64,000 bases of DNA from Isurus oxyrinchus (Eukaryota): contig JANJGN010000018.1 of assembly GCA_026770705.1 (NCBI GenBank), forward strand, positions 90,024,001-90,088,000. Direction: 5' to 3'. This document shows positions 1 to 13,299 of the stretch, piece by piece. Each line of letters opens with the position of its first letter. The first letter of the stretch is position 1. The notes beneath the pieces were generated by a model. It saw only the letters and a program-made list of their open reading frames with translations, did not search any database and was not told where the DNA came from. Both the position numbers and the translations under genes were made by a program.

Positions 1-1797
1 ATTCAACAAAAGTGGACCAAGAAACTGATAAAGAAAGAGAAAATAGGATATGAAAGTAAATTAGCGAGAAACATAAAAACGGGCTACAAATGCTTCTACA
101 AGCATGTAAAAAGGAAAAGACTAGCAAAGATAAGTGTGGGCCCCTTGCAGGCAGAGACAGGGGAATTTATAATGGGCAATAAGGAAAAGGCAGAGAAATC
201 AAATACTTTGTGTCTGTCATCACAGAGGAAGACTGGAGAACCAAGCAACTAGCAAGCTTGAGGATCTGAAAGAAATTAGTATTAGTACAAAAGTAGCACT
301 GAAGAAATTAATGGGACTGAAAGTTCATAAATCTCCTGGATCTGATGATCTACATCCCAGAATGTTGAAAGAGGTGGCTGTAGAGATAATGGACACATTG
401 GTTATCATCTTCCAAAATTCCATAGAATCTGGAATGGTTCCTGTAGAATGGAAGGTAAATAAAATGAAACCCCTCTATTGAGGAAAGGAACAAGAGAGAG
501 AACAAGGAACAATGGACCTGTTAGCCTGACATCAGTAGTAGGGAAAATGCTAGGATCTATTATAATTGATGTGATAACTGGGCATTTAGAAAATAATGGT
601 AGGATTGCGCAGAATAATTTATGAAAGGGAAATCGTGTTTGACAAACGTTATGGCGTTTCTGAGAATGTAACTAGCAGAATATATAAGGGAGAACCAGTG
701 GATGTGGGTTTGGATTTTCAGAAGGCTTTTGATAAGGTCCCACACAAGAGATTAGTAAGCAAAATTAGAGAACACGGGATTAGGGGTAATACAATGGCGT
801 GGATTGAAGATTGGTTAATGGACAGAAAACAGAGTAGGAATAAATAGGTCATTATCAGGCTGGCAGGCTGTGACTAGTAGGGTACCGCAAGGATCAGTGC
901 TTGGGCCCTAACTATTTTCAATCTATATCAATGATTTGAATGTGGGAACCAAAAGTAATATTCTCAAGTTTGCTGATGATAAAACTTGGTGGGAATGTGA
1001 GTTGTGAGGGGGATGCAAAGAGGCTTCAAGGGGATTTAGACAGGCTACGTGAGTGGGCAAGAACATGGCAGATGGAATGTAGTGTGGAAAAATGTGAAGT
1101 TATCCGCTTAGGTAGGAAAAACAGAAATACACAATACTTCTTAAATGACGAGAGATTGGGAAGTGTTGATTTCCAAAGGGACCTGACCATCCTTGTTCAT
1201 AAGCCACTGAAAGGTAAAATACAGATGCAGCTAGCAATTAGGATTCAAATGGCATGTTGGCCTTTATTGCAAGAGGGTTTGAGTACAGGAGTAAGGATGC
1301 CTTGCTGCAATTGTATAGAGCCTTGGTGAGGCTGCACCTGGAGTATTGTGTACAATTTTGGTCTCCTTACCGAAGGAAGGATATACTTGCCATAGGGGGA
1401 GTGCAGTGAAGGTTCACCAGACTGATTCCTGGGATAGTCAGATTGTCTCATGAGGTGAGATTGAGGAGACTTGGCCTGTATTCTCTAGAATATAGAAGAA
1501 TGAGAGATGATCTCACTGAAGCGTACAAAGTTCTTACAGGGCTCAACATGGTAGATTCAGGAAGGATGTTTCCCTTTCAGGGGCGATCTAGAAACAGGGG
1601 ACACAACCTCAGAATAAGAGGTAGGACATTTAAGACTGAGATGAGGAAGAAATTCTTCACTCTGAGAGTGGTGAATCTTCAGAATTCTTTACCCCAGAGG
1701 GTTGTGGGTGCTCAGTCTTTGAGTATGTACAAGACAGAGAACAGCAGATTTCTAGATATTGAAGATATCAAGGGATATGGGGATGGTGCAGGAGAAT
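1..1797 (+). mobile_element. CR1-clade LINE, decayed ORF2 (reverse transcriptase to C-terminus), runs off the left edge
   Basis: RT motifs in shifting frames: SPGSDDLHPRMLKEVA (~332), LDFQKAFDKVPH (~710), GVPQGSVLGP (~880-909), KFADD (~966-980), C-terminal RGHNLRIRGRTFKTEMRKKFFTLRVVNL; stops and frameshifts throughout. Confidence 0.93.
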
Positions 1798-1805
1798 GCC
1801 TTCCA

Positions 1806-2185
1806 GGGAGTACAGGGTGGCATAGTGGTATTGTCACTAGACTGGTAATCTGGAAACCCAAGGGTATTCCTCTGGGACCCTGGATTTGAATCCCACCACA
1901 GCAGATGGTGGAATTTAAATCCAATAAAACTTTGGAATTAAAAGTCTAAAACCATTGCTGTTCACTAATGTCCATCAGGGAAGGAAATCTGCTGTCCTCA
2001 CCTGGCCTATATAAAATATGAACTTTCAGTCCCATTAATTTCTCCATGTGACCCATGGTTGGACCCACACATTACATGTGATTCCAGACCCCACAGCAAT
2101 GTGATCGACCCTTAAAATGCCCTTTGAACAAGGGCAATTGGGGATGGGCAATAAATGCTGGCTGAGCCAGCGATGAATGAATTTT
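1806..2185 (+). mobile_element. tRNA-derived SINE (family A, HE1-like) inserted into the CR1 3' end
   Basis: A-box TGGCATAGTGG (~1818), B-box-like GGATTTGAATCC (~1882), tail AGGGCAATTGGGGATGGGCAATAAATGCTGG; same body as copies at 4040, 37850, 40017 and 53700. Confidence 0.85.
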
Positions 2186-2187
2186 TT

Positions 2188-2290
2188 AAAAATGGCATTG
2201 AGGAAGAAGATCAGCCATGGTCTAATTGAATGGCAAGGCAAGCTCAAAGAGCCGAATGGCCTATTCCTGCTCCTATTTCCTATGTCCCTT
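2188..2290 (+). mobile_element. CR1 LINE 3' UTR/tail, continuation of the 1-1797 element
   Basis: AGATCAGCCATGGTCTAATTGAATGG...GAATGGCCTATTCCTGCTCCTATTTCCTATG matches the CR1 tail at ~60500-60590. Confidence 0.8.
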
Positions 2291-3254
2291 TTCTTCATTT
2301 ATAATATGGTCCCAGTGCAGAACTGCCGTAAATGCCCACCTACGCTGGGATCTCAGTTAAGAATGCAGAGGATCAACAAGCAAGTACCTATGCACTGTGG
2401 CCTCTTAAACTGTCCCAAATTCATAAGTCAAAACATTCACCTAAAATGATACAAAACCATCTGCCTGAAAACAAAAGCCCACGCTATTTTATCTTTCACA
2501 ATCTACTTTTCACCCCTCAAGTTTTATTCCTCCGTAGTGAGAGATTAGAAAACACAAGAAGATAAAATCCTTTCAAGAGTGAGATGGCTCAAATTTCCAA
2601 CACTATTGCTGCGAGCAACTGCTTTGCAACTTCAGCTGTTGTGTCAGAAAATCAATCAATTACTTCAGCAAAATCGTGATACTTTCTCCAGCTATACCAG
2701 CTTGTAAATTATTAACCACAGGTTTCCACCACCCCCACCCCCCCCACCCAACCCCGCCAGTGATGCTCTATTCTTAACCCAAACACTTTTCAGTGTGTGA
2801 ATTGACAAATGCAAATCCAGATGTCAGCCTTTTCAAACTAATTAAACGGTTTTAATCATCAAAAAAAAATTAATGGAAAATAGGGAGTAGGGATTTCTAG
2901 ACTTTAGTCCACTGAATTTCTTTCTCGTGAATAGATCTTTAGCACTATGAATTACAGAATTAGATAAGATGACTGTGTGTAGCCTATATTTTAAACCATA
3001 GTGGAATGGGGCACCTTTTCCACATGACAGAACATCCACCCACCACCAAGATGCAATGCCAACCTTAGCCAATTGGCCAACCTTTAGATCATTTGCAAGT
3101 TTCTAGCCTCTACTCAGGTGTCAATCTGGAATACGACCTGAGAAAGGCCCTGGAGAGACCTCCACAGTCAAGAATGAGCAGATATCCATTGCATCCTGTA
3201 TTGCACTGGTGAAAATGTATTTCCCTTATTGGCATTTTGCTACAGTAAAAAAAA

Positions 3255-3430
3255 CAAAGAGTTTGCATTTTTACAATGCCTTTCGCGACTTCAGATTCCC
3301 AAAGCGCTTTACAGCTAATGAAGTACTTTTGAAGTGCAGTCACTGCTGTACTCTAGGAAACATGGTAGCTAATTTTCACACAGCAATGTGATATATGATT
3401 AGATAATCCATTTTTTTAGTGATGTTGTTT
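3255..3430 (-). mobile_element. Deu-domain SINE fragment (SacSINE1/AmnSINE1-like), 3' part
   Basis: CCCAAAGCGCTTTACAGCTAATGAAGTACTTTTGAAGTG is the reverse complement of the tail seen at 11505-11545 and 49870-49915. Confidence 0.7.
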
Positions 3431-4039
3431 CAGGGATTGGCCTGCACACCAGGGACACCTCCAAGGCTCTTCTGCAAACTGAAATGTCTGCCAAAAATGG
3501 TCAGATATAGTGAACGTCTCTTGTCACTTCCAGCAAGTAATCTCGGGGAGCTGGTGCACATTAAGTGGGAAATCCAAACTTTGCAGTTGAAGAGGGGTTT
3601 TTGAGAACAATTTATGCGCATTGTTGTGGCGAGATTTTTAAAGGTTCTGCAAAATGACAGCAATTACTTTTTCATATCAACCAACCGTGTTTTACAAATC
3701 AAATTACAAATACAGCAGAATCTGGCTTGTCATTGCCTCCTTTTCCATCTTCTCCATTATCTCTGGGGATAAGTGGGCATACCAGGAGGCCAGCATTTTA
3801 TTCTCATTTCTTAGCACACTGTTCATACCAAGAAGACAATCGGGTTTGCTACCTATAGTTTTTCCTGTGCTCCTAACAGCTATTCCAGAGCTGGGCTTAC
3901 CACAAATCAAGATGATGGTTGTTCATGCATCACCAAACATAGCACCTCTACAAATCCCCTCAGGAAATTGCTGTCTCAGCAGAATTGCCAGGTTTTAAAA
4001 TCAGCACAGAATCTGCCTGTCTTAATAAACTCCTCATGT

Positions 4040-4388
4040 AATTTTCATTCATGGGATGTGGGTGTTACTGACCAGGCCAGCATTTATTACCCATTTCTAG
4101 TTGCCCCTGGTACAGAGGGCATTTTAAAGTCAACCATATTGCTGCGGGCCTGGAGTCACATGTAGGCCAGACCAGGTGAGGACAACAGATTTCCTTCCCT
4201 AAAGGACATTAGTGAACCAGATGGGTTTTTACAACAATCGACAATAGTCATCATTAGACTTTTTCATTCCAATTTTTTATCGAATACAAATTCCACCATT
4301 TGCCATGGTGGGATTTGAACCCCAGTCCCCAGAGCATTTCCCTGGGTCTCTGGATTACTAGCAACAATACCATTACACCATCTTCCCC
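4040..4388 (-). mobile_element. tRNA-derived SINE (family A)
   Basis: Reverse complement of family A: GGAGTCACATGTAGGCCAGACCAGG, GGACATTAGTGAACCAGATGGG, GGGATTTGAACCC (B-box). Confidence 0.85.
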
Positions 4389-7300
4389 CCACCCCACCCC
4401 CCTGCAAATAATTGTTTACAATTTAAAAATTGATTTTATCCAATTTTCCTTGCTTTTCCATATTTTGAAAAAAACTGAACAGGCTCCAGGTTGCAGGGCA
4501 CAATGGCCTGCTCCTGTTCCAGTGTAACTAGAGTAAATGAAATTTAGGTTTCAGAAAAGACCACTCAACCTATCAAACTCAATCCATCAGCCAGGCCTGC
4601 GCCTGCCATTTTTGGCTGTTTCCTATAGTCAGTAAGTTGCATAAGAATACTTCCAGCACTTGCAAGAAGAAAAAGAGGCTTACATTATACAGCACCATAT
4701 CACGTCAATGAAGGAAGTTCACCCAATGAACCATTTTCAAACTACAGCAAGTGCTGTTGTGGAGGCAAATGTGGTAGCTATTGTGTGCCAGTGAAGTCCC
4801 TCAAAAAATAATGAGGTTAATTTGGTCTGTTTTCTTTTGGTCAAATGCACACCAGAATATTTTACTGCAAATAGGACTATAGTACAATTCATTGTGCAGC
4901 AAAAGGGAAGATTTCTCTTGTGGTTTGTGAAACAAATTCATAAGTGTGTTCTTTATAAACAAGTCCCTGATTTGGTCACAAAGATTACAAGTTAAATGCA
5001 AATTGTATAAATTAAAGGATAATCTCAATGGATAATTTATCAGAATTGTACATTTTTTTCTGTCTTTTTGGTTGGTTAAACATAAGTGTTAATGCTGGGT
5101 AACAGAACTCTCCCTATTTCAGACACCCAGTGCTAGCATCAAGCAAAATTAGCTGTACCAATTGGAAATGGGTAAACTAATACAATTCTGTCCTAAAAAA
5201 AAGCCCCAACTTCAAAAACATACCTCCTCCTGCACCAGTGTATTTCCTGTTCCTCAGGTCACCACATTCTCTAGCATCTACAATTAACAATGACAATTAT
5301 ATGCAAATTAGGGGCTTTTTTTGCTGCAGGTGCATGTTTATTAGGGACTGGATTGAATTTGTTCAGTCATTTTACGTTGGACCTTTAAAGAAAGTGTGTA
5401 GGACGCTTACAGTCAGAAGGCAATAGAGACTGCATCCCATTAGTCTGCAGCAGGATGGGGGCTCATGTCCCATTGGTGAAAGGCCAGTATCTAAGCCACT
5501 GAACTATTCAGTTTCCTTACCCCATTGCTCTTACTCCTAATCTCATCCAATGCAAAAAACTACTGAAGTTCTCAAAGATTGAATCATCATCAATTTTCTT
5601 GTTTGCATAATCCATGATCAAATCCCCTGCCCCCTACACTGCAGTACCTTATTGTAACTCACTAATGCCATGTGGGTTATCAGCCTTTGTTCCCCAAGAC
5701 CGAGCAGTGACATCATTTTTTTGGACAAGAAACATGTCCAGTACACTTGGTGCATATATCAACATTGGGAATTTAAGGAAATATAGGACTTTGAATAATA
5801 TCTATCTAATCACTTGCTAAAAAAATTACATCTCAATCACAGAAATATGGAAAGATCAGAATCCTCAAATAATGTTATTAGCTTCAAAAGCAAGCAGGAA
5901 GGCAATATTGTCTCCAAAAGCTGTACTTTTTTTCCAGCCACAATGAAATAAAGTTTTCTCAACTTTCTATGCTAAACTAATGCCTGGGCAACCATCAAAT
6001 CATCCATTCCAATCAACAGAAGATCCCAACTTCATGTCAGTGCAATATATTGTTAAGTGATATGTCAGAAAATCAATTAATTACTTCTAAGTAGCAGTTA
6101 AGAGTATCCACACAATACTGCCATTTGAATTATTAAACAGAACAAAGGCTGAGTTTTTCAATGTGAAATTCTGCCTCAAAATAAAGTGCAGAAAGATCCA
6201 TGTGCCCTCCAGCCTCATCGGAATTATTGGACAGGCTGAAATACTGGCAGGAACAGTGTGTATGCTGAGGAGTGAGGGTGATGGGGGTGGGGGTGGGGGC
6301 AGGGTGGCTGTTGTTAGTGGGTGTCAAACTACTACAATGATAACCTTATCCTACATTTCAGTGCTGACTATGTGTAGAGATCATGTCTGGCAGAAGCCTT
6401 TTATCTCATTTCAACACAACCAAAGACAGCTCAAGCTGACCACTCTGCTTCTCTAGCCATCAGGAAACACCTTGTTTATAAGTTGCTGAAACATTGCACC
6501 GACATTCAGAGGCAGAACTTTCACAATAACGCACATTACCAAATAATATTGCCTCACCCACCAGATTAAAAGGAAAGGTTTGCAAAACAGAGCGTTAAAG
6601 AATGCAAACTGCTGTCATTTATTGTATTGTAACAGTAAGAGCTTCAGGCTGGCCAAGACCTTGGTCCGCGTAGCCAACTAGTCCACTAGTATTCCCTTGA
6701 TGCATGTCTAATAACCCTATTTATATGTGACTGGTTTCTTTATAAATTAACTTTTGATGTACCATTAACTTGCCCATTAACATTGGGTAAAAAGCTGGTA
6801 CATGAATTAATGAACATGATGTTATGTGTTTATGAAGGGATTTATCACCCACATGAAGAGCATATTTTAGCTCTTGTGGTTATTTCTTTTAAGTTACCTC
6901 TTGTTTTTATTTTCCTCTCTTCCCACAACGTTTTCCCCCTTTTTTCCTGAACTGGCAGGATTTTTATGGAGTTCCACAGGTTCTAACAGCCTCTAGTAAC
7001 TCACCAGAGTGGCCAGTTCTCATTTGGAAGCCCACACAGTAAATTTCAAGTAAGCTTTCCACAGTATTGAACCATGTTGAATTGTGTGCTCATGTGCTTA
7101 TTCCAACAGTAGGCACTAGATATCAAGCATGAGTGGAAAGCCTGATGAACTTTGTTCCTCCTAGCTCTTCCATTAAAGTATGTGGCCAGGTGACAATAAT
7201 CAAATGAACTAGGCACACCAGTTTTCTCCAAATCACTGAATGCCAACGCACAGACATCTACATGTGATACCCTGTCTCATGTACATACCTGTTGGACCAC

Positions 7301-8179
7301 AGTGGAACTCTGAGGTTCAAAAAAACTAGGGTGCAACTACTACAGGCAAGTGGACCTCTCCTGCCATTGTTCAATGGGCCTGACTTATGCCAGCCACCAT
7401 AACAACCAAAGATTAGTGAAGAGCTAAAACAATATATACTTCAGAGACTCGAGACCAATTATGATAATTCACAAAGCACAGCCAAAACCCAATAGAGACC
7501 AACTCAACCGACCAGTGCCATGGTATGCCCTCTAATATTATTGCCACACTCTGTGATCTATGCCACTCTGTAAATGCCACTCTTTGTCATACTATACAAT
7601 TTTCACTGTACACCTATGCTATACACAGTACCCTGAACACCGTAGACAACTACAATTAAAAAGCTGATTGATGAAGTGTTCATCCATTCTAAATTGCTTT
7701 CCCTTATAATGCCTTGCTGCAAAGTAACTTTGCTCTTGCTGTAATAACCATGCACTATAGCTTAAAACATTCTGTATCTTGTATGAATGATGTTCTAACT
7801 TCTGTATCCTGGCCACATGAAACTGGCAAACAATTACTTATATTGATTAATATTTAACTAAATGAAATATTGACACAAGAACTGGACAAATTCCTAATTC
7901 AACAGAAAATAGGAAAAAAGATTTTGCCAGCAAAAAAACAAAGATTTTTGTTCATATGCATACAGTTACCTAAAATGAGTGGGTGAGCTGGATGGGCTGA
8001 GTGGCCTTTTCTCATTCCCATTTCTAATTTTCTATTCTTACTTCTGAATAAATTGCTAACTGAATAGCAGACTTAAATAAATAGCACATTCAGCAATGTG
8101 AAGCAAACCAGCGGAAAAGAGAAGCCCATCAACAAAGGAAAGCCTTGCTGAAATAGCATTGCAGTTTATACCCCTCAAC

Positions 8180-8340
8180 CTCATTCCCTCCCTAACAGCA
8201 CTAAGGGTGTACCTACACCCTGTGGACTGCAGCAGGGCAAGAAGGCTGCCCCACCACGACCTTCTGAAGGGCAATTAGGGTTGGGCAATAAATGCTGGCC
8301 TATAGCCAATGACACCCACACCCCATGAAAGAATAAAAAA
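8180..8340 (+). mobile_element. 3' end of a LINE sharing its tail with SINE family A
   Basis: CCCTAACAGCAC...GGACTGCAGC...GGGCAATTAGGGTTGGGCAATAAATGCTGGCC plus A-rich end; matches 47305-47425 and 58005-58465. Confidence 0.75.
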
Positions 8341-8589
8341 TCTTCATGCTGTATCGTCTTCACTGAACATTTTTCCAGAAATTGCTTCTTCAGAATTGGT
8401 GAACATGGGCTGCCTACTCTTGAGGCTGCAAAATCAGTAAAACAAGAGTGGCAGCAAGGAAACCAGCAGAGACCTGAAGAGGCAAGGACACAGGAGGCCT
8501 GAAATGGGACATCATACCAGAGTGTCACACAGCAGCAGTGGCTATGTTTCAACAGAGAAACAGATATTTACTTTTCTATGCTACCTATT

Positions 8590-9330
8590 AGGGTGAGAAT
8601 TAGAACCTAACACTAAGTGCTTGATTCTACAGCCCTGCTGAGCGTGTTCTCAGCAAGGGGCACATTAAATATGTCGGATGGCAGGCCCTCCATCATCCTG
8701 CCCAACCCCAAGCTGACACCTTTAATATGCTGGGTGTGTGGGTGCTGAAATTGGCAGCCTGTCCCCCATATTTAAGTAAATTATTAAAAGTCAATTAGGC
8801 CTGTTAGCAAGCATATTGACCAGGATAGTATGCTGCCCATGCCATAATATGGTTAGAGAGGGAAGGTGGGCAGGAATGGGCAGGCTGTTTTTTTGTGGCC
8901 TAGGTGAAAAAAAAAGATGGGAAGGAAAGTGGGGGGGTCGCCTCATTTGGGGGTGCCCCAGATGTCAACCCCCTTCCATCCACGCCGCCTGTCCTCCAAA
9001 ACCCAGCCCCCTAACCCTGCTCCCCCCCGGGTTCTCAAATCCTTCCCCAGTCTAAAATCCCAGGGCTATTCCTTTCTGCAGCAGCCATCACTCTCCTTCG
9101 CGCAACTTCTTGCAACCCTGGCAGTGCCCACCACTGAGCTCTGGATCTGCCAATACTGCTGGACCTGCCAACCAATCAGATTGGCTGGTCACTCCTGAGG
9201 GCGGGACTTCCTCCCACTGAGGAGTAGAAGGCGCCACTCAGTTTGTTTAGCCTTCCCCAGAATGTTTTGGCTGTGGGGGTGGGCTTCTTTCTGGCAGATC
9301 GGCTACCAGCCAACTTTCCATTCAAGGAGA
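8590..9330. mobile_element. GC-rich non-autonomous DNA-transposon-like repeat (possibly Harbinger-related)
   Basis: GC-rich body with CCAATCAGATTGGC and GGGCGGGACTTCC, resembling the blocks at 45925-46430 and 56284-57125; ends not resolved. Confidence 0.45.
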
Positions 9331-10464
9331 GGGGGGGGGACATGAGCAGTCCACCCCCCCCCCCCCCCCCCCCCCAAAAAAAAACACAGCCTCAGGATAC
9401 ACACCCCACTGTCCTTGACAGTGAAAGCCGTCATGGCCCTAAACCTTTATCCCTGTGGCTTCTTCTGGTGACATCAAAACATCAGTCGGTTTTCTCTGCA
9501 GTCTGCAAGGTCACTGAGAAAATGTTTACAAAGTGACAACAGTTCATTAACTTCCTCACAGAGGCTGACAAGCAGGAAATAAAAGCACTGGGATTTTCCC
9601 ACATTGTTGGACTAATGCAGCTGCAAAGAATCATGGGCTGGTTCCCAGGCTGTCCTCTTCCCTCCTTCCCTAGTTCCTGCCCCTGGAGCTTTCTCACCTG
9701 CTATCTGAACCAGGCCAGTATCTGAACTATCTGAACTAGTGTCTGTAGGTATAAGGTTGAGTGACACTTCCTTTTCTATAATACCCTCCTCTTCTTCTGC
9801 CCCCTTGGGGCTGTGTGCTGCTCCTGCACATGAAATGGAACAGGGTTGACATTGAATAGCATGGGATAAGCAGAGGCAGATGAGTGGCTTCTGATAAGAA
9901 GGAGTATTTGTCATTGCTAGTGTGTGATGGAGAGATTAAGTGAGAAAGAAATCGGGGAAACGTGGATGAAAAACTTATCCTCCACTTTCATCAGATGTCA
10001 CAGTCCTGATACGTTCCCTGCCCATGAAGTTAATCACTTGTTTAAGTGAGGACAGCACATGGATGAGCGATGTTCCACCATCACTACGCACCCCCCCCTC
10101 CACCTCCCCTGAGGGTGGGCTCCACCCTGACTTGCGTGCAAGCTTGCCCTCTGTTAAAGGAGGGATTGTGCCACTGTTAGACCAGTGAGGAGTTTTGACA
10201 CTGTGCCTATCAGGGTAGAATGGTGCTATTGGTGTGGGAAAGAAGATAGAGGTATGAGGTAGGGAATGATATTACAGCGAGGAGAATAGCAGAAGCCAGG
10301 TTCTGCAATAGGAACAGAATAAGGTAGAGTGAAGTGTGCTGCAGCGATTGAAGCAAATGACAGATAATTGGGGAAGGGAAGCATTGTGAATGTTGAGGCG
10401 ACAGGGAGTGCAAGCATAAACATAGAGGTATTAGAAATTGGAGAGTTTGGAGACTTAGCTTAGA

Positions 10465-10690
10465 TAGCCTTGTGAGGTTATTGAGTTTTTTTTTAGCATG
10501 TCAGCTACGTCCTGTGTCCAAGCTTCTGACCACTCACCCAATCTGTGACATCTGCACAGTCATGTTGGAAGCTTGCTTTGATAACTTCCTGCCACCTGAT
10601 AGAAAGAAGATCTCCTTCCACTTGCCATCCCCCTCTACCAATAACTCTAATGCAGCCGCAGACAAATGGGGGACCAAATGCTAGCCATGA
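10465..10690 (-). pseudogene. Decayed Myb/SANT-like DNA-binding ORF of PIF/Harbinger type
   Basis: Minus-strand translation across frameshifts: VPHLSAAALELLVEG..KWKEIFF..GGRK...DVTDWVS....HRT*LTC*KK/LNNLTR, resembling the F(S)..LE.LV...W..VA..V...RTW.QC.KK.NDL pattern. Confidence 0.55.
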
Positions 10691-11879
10691 TCACCAATCT
10701 TCAGCCAGTTGCCTGTAGGTTGCTTTTAAATGGTGCCAGCAATCCACAATGTTGATGCTCGCCCTTCCCCTGCCCCCATCACCACGGAATTAGTTGCAAC
10801 CAGTGTGAATGGACATCCACTCCAACCATCTGCTTATTCTGTGTCCGAAAACAGTCCTAATCCAATTTGCACCCCTGCAACTCCAAGGGAAATCAAATGA
10901 GTTATCCAGATCTTCGAATCACTGGACAAGCCAAGCTCAGATGCCCCCAAGAACAGGAGAAGGCATTGGGAAGGGGGTTAATTTTTTTTTTGCTTGTCGT
11001 CATTTTCTTTCTCTATTTCTCTTTCTTGCCTTTTTTGCAATAATCAAATGTGGAATTCTACCCGTTACGCCAGTGGAGATGAATTAACTCAGAGCAGACC
11101 AATGGCTGATGTCATTACGAATGAGCACATATTATTCTACAAATGGATCAAATATTCCTATTATCAGCTCACAGAGTCTCACAATAGTTGCAACAGTCAT
11201 AAAATAACCTTAATGATTTCACTGGTTATTTTTGGATGTCAAAACTATGAAAGCCATGTACTGATAGTGCAATTATTTCATGAAACTCTCTTCCAGATTT
11301 TATTTTTGGGGGGAAGCAGAACAAGCCTGTCATGAATCAACGATTGTTCTTCCTACATCCCAACTTTTCCTGCTTCACTCTACTTGTTCTCTGAGCTTTC
11401 TCCTCTTGTTCTTCCTAAATTACAAATGTGCTGTCCTTGATGTGCTTCCTTCTTCCTGACTTTGTTGAAATTGAATTGTTTCCCTGCATTACAAGAGAGG
11501 CTCCTTTTCAAAAGTACTTCATTGGCTGTAAGCTGCTTTGGGAAGCCCTGCTGTTGTGAAAGATACTAGCTAAATGCAAGTTCTTCTGCATTTCAAGACT
11601 CATTGCACTGTTCGTTCCTTCAAAAGTGTCATTGGTAAAGACTTTGGCCCTTCAAAATTGGCAATAATTAATTATTTCAACTGCCGATTCCTAATATCAC
11701 TGACTCCATTTTATTAATCTATACCCTGCTGGCAACTATAAAATGGTTGAATGCTTAGCGTTTGTAGGACATTCCTCTGTTTGCTGTTTTGACAGAGGCA
11801 TTAACCCATTTATTTTAAATAGGCTAACACCCCTGTTGAAGCAGTGGATAGGGAAACACCAGCACTCCTCTAATTCCAC

Positions 11880-12210
11880 TAATTTAGATCTTTCCCAGGC
11901 CTAGTGGTCCATGAGACGGACATCTGTTCCCATGGCTAGTGTTTTTTTTCTTGCTTAGAACAGGCCACCAGCCTCTAACCAGAAGCTGTAGCTTGAGGGG
12001 CTTCACTCCACATCAAGCATGGCTGATGAGGAAACTCTCCCACTGTTACCGCCTGCCATTGGCCATAGCCATATTGGAAGGATTTACAGGTTGATAATCA
12101 TCCTGTTTGGCCATGTTATGAATGCACCTTCCATGGCCATCAAGTCCTGGAGTGGGACTGAAACCTGGAGCTTCTGACTCAGAGGTAGGAACACTACCCA
12201 TTGCATCTCA
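11880..12210 (-). mobile_element. tRNA-head SINE of a second family
   Basis: Minus strand begins TGGGTAGTGTTCCTACCTCTGAGTCAGAAGCTCCAGGTTTCAGTCCCACTCCAG (A/B-box-like tRNA head). Confidence 0.55.
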
Positions 12211-13299
12211 TTCCACTAACAGTAGTTTCTAATATTGCCAAAGCAGGCTTTAAAATGAATAGGGATAAACATTTCGCTGCACGTACAGGAAAGTGTTTTC
12301 CCTGTTTTACCTGTTTCAACACAACACAGTCAGAATTATTTTTGAATGATATTTTTTAAGTAAGAACAAAATTTGATGTTCTACTTGCAGCTCAACTTTA
12401 ACTAACATGATGGGAAAAGTGAACATCATTTTAATGCCTAAATGAAATTACTAGGTTTTAGATGCCTCAGGCAAAAATGAATCAAACTCTCTGGTGAATT
12501 TGGTAAGTGAAAAACTTATTAAGCATGAGTGCATGTCATTTCCCAATTTGCCAGTATTTAATAATCCCTGGGGTAGTTAAAACTCTTTGTAAAAGCAAGC
12601 ACCTTACTCCAGCATTGGGCATTCGAAGCTGTTGCCTCAAGGTCATTGATACCTCTGCTCTCAGTGTTTCTCACAATGAACAGCGGGCAGTTTGGTTTGC
12701 CCTCTCACCTGTCCTGGGCTATGTACTTGATGCGAGGAGGCAGAGCTCCAACCAACATCTTCGGTAGAGCGAAAATTCATTTATTTTTCTCTCATCAGAG
12801 CGGTTGTTAAATTTCTAACTATGCAAATTGACTTTGTCTAGTATAAACAACAGATCTGTTGAAAAATATGACAATGTGTGGACTAGCGGTTTAATAATTT
12901 ATACTTATTCTTCTGACTGAACAAATTTCTAAGTTTACATAATTAGCATGTGATTTTATTGGGGGCAGCAAGCGTTTCAGGACAGCTCTGCTTAAAAAGA
13001 AGACAGCATTTTCATTGCAATTTAGGTTGTTTTGCAACATTGCTGTACTTGTACTGAGTAAATAAGTGTGCAGCATTGTCACGGGATGGCACGCTGCGCT
13101 CTGCTATCTTTATTGTACCTCTCGCACGACTTCAGGGTTTTTTTTTTCTAACGCATATTCCGGACACTCGAGTGCATCGATTAAGTGTTATGGTTTAAAA
13201 CTAAAACCTAAAACTATCTATATTCTCCCGTTGGCTAAATCGCAGTCAGAGACAAGTTTCTTGAAATGCATTGTAATCGGCCTAAGTGGGAAGGACGGT

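Noticed and set aside
596-1889. ORFs with reverse-transcriptase motifs as a functional gene
   Set aside because: Split over several frames with stops; a dead CR1 LINE
9354-9383. Long poly-C runs (also ~57386 and ~59765) as functional elements
   Set aside because: Associated with repeat interiors or ends; homopolymer lengths are unreliable in assemblies
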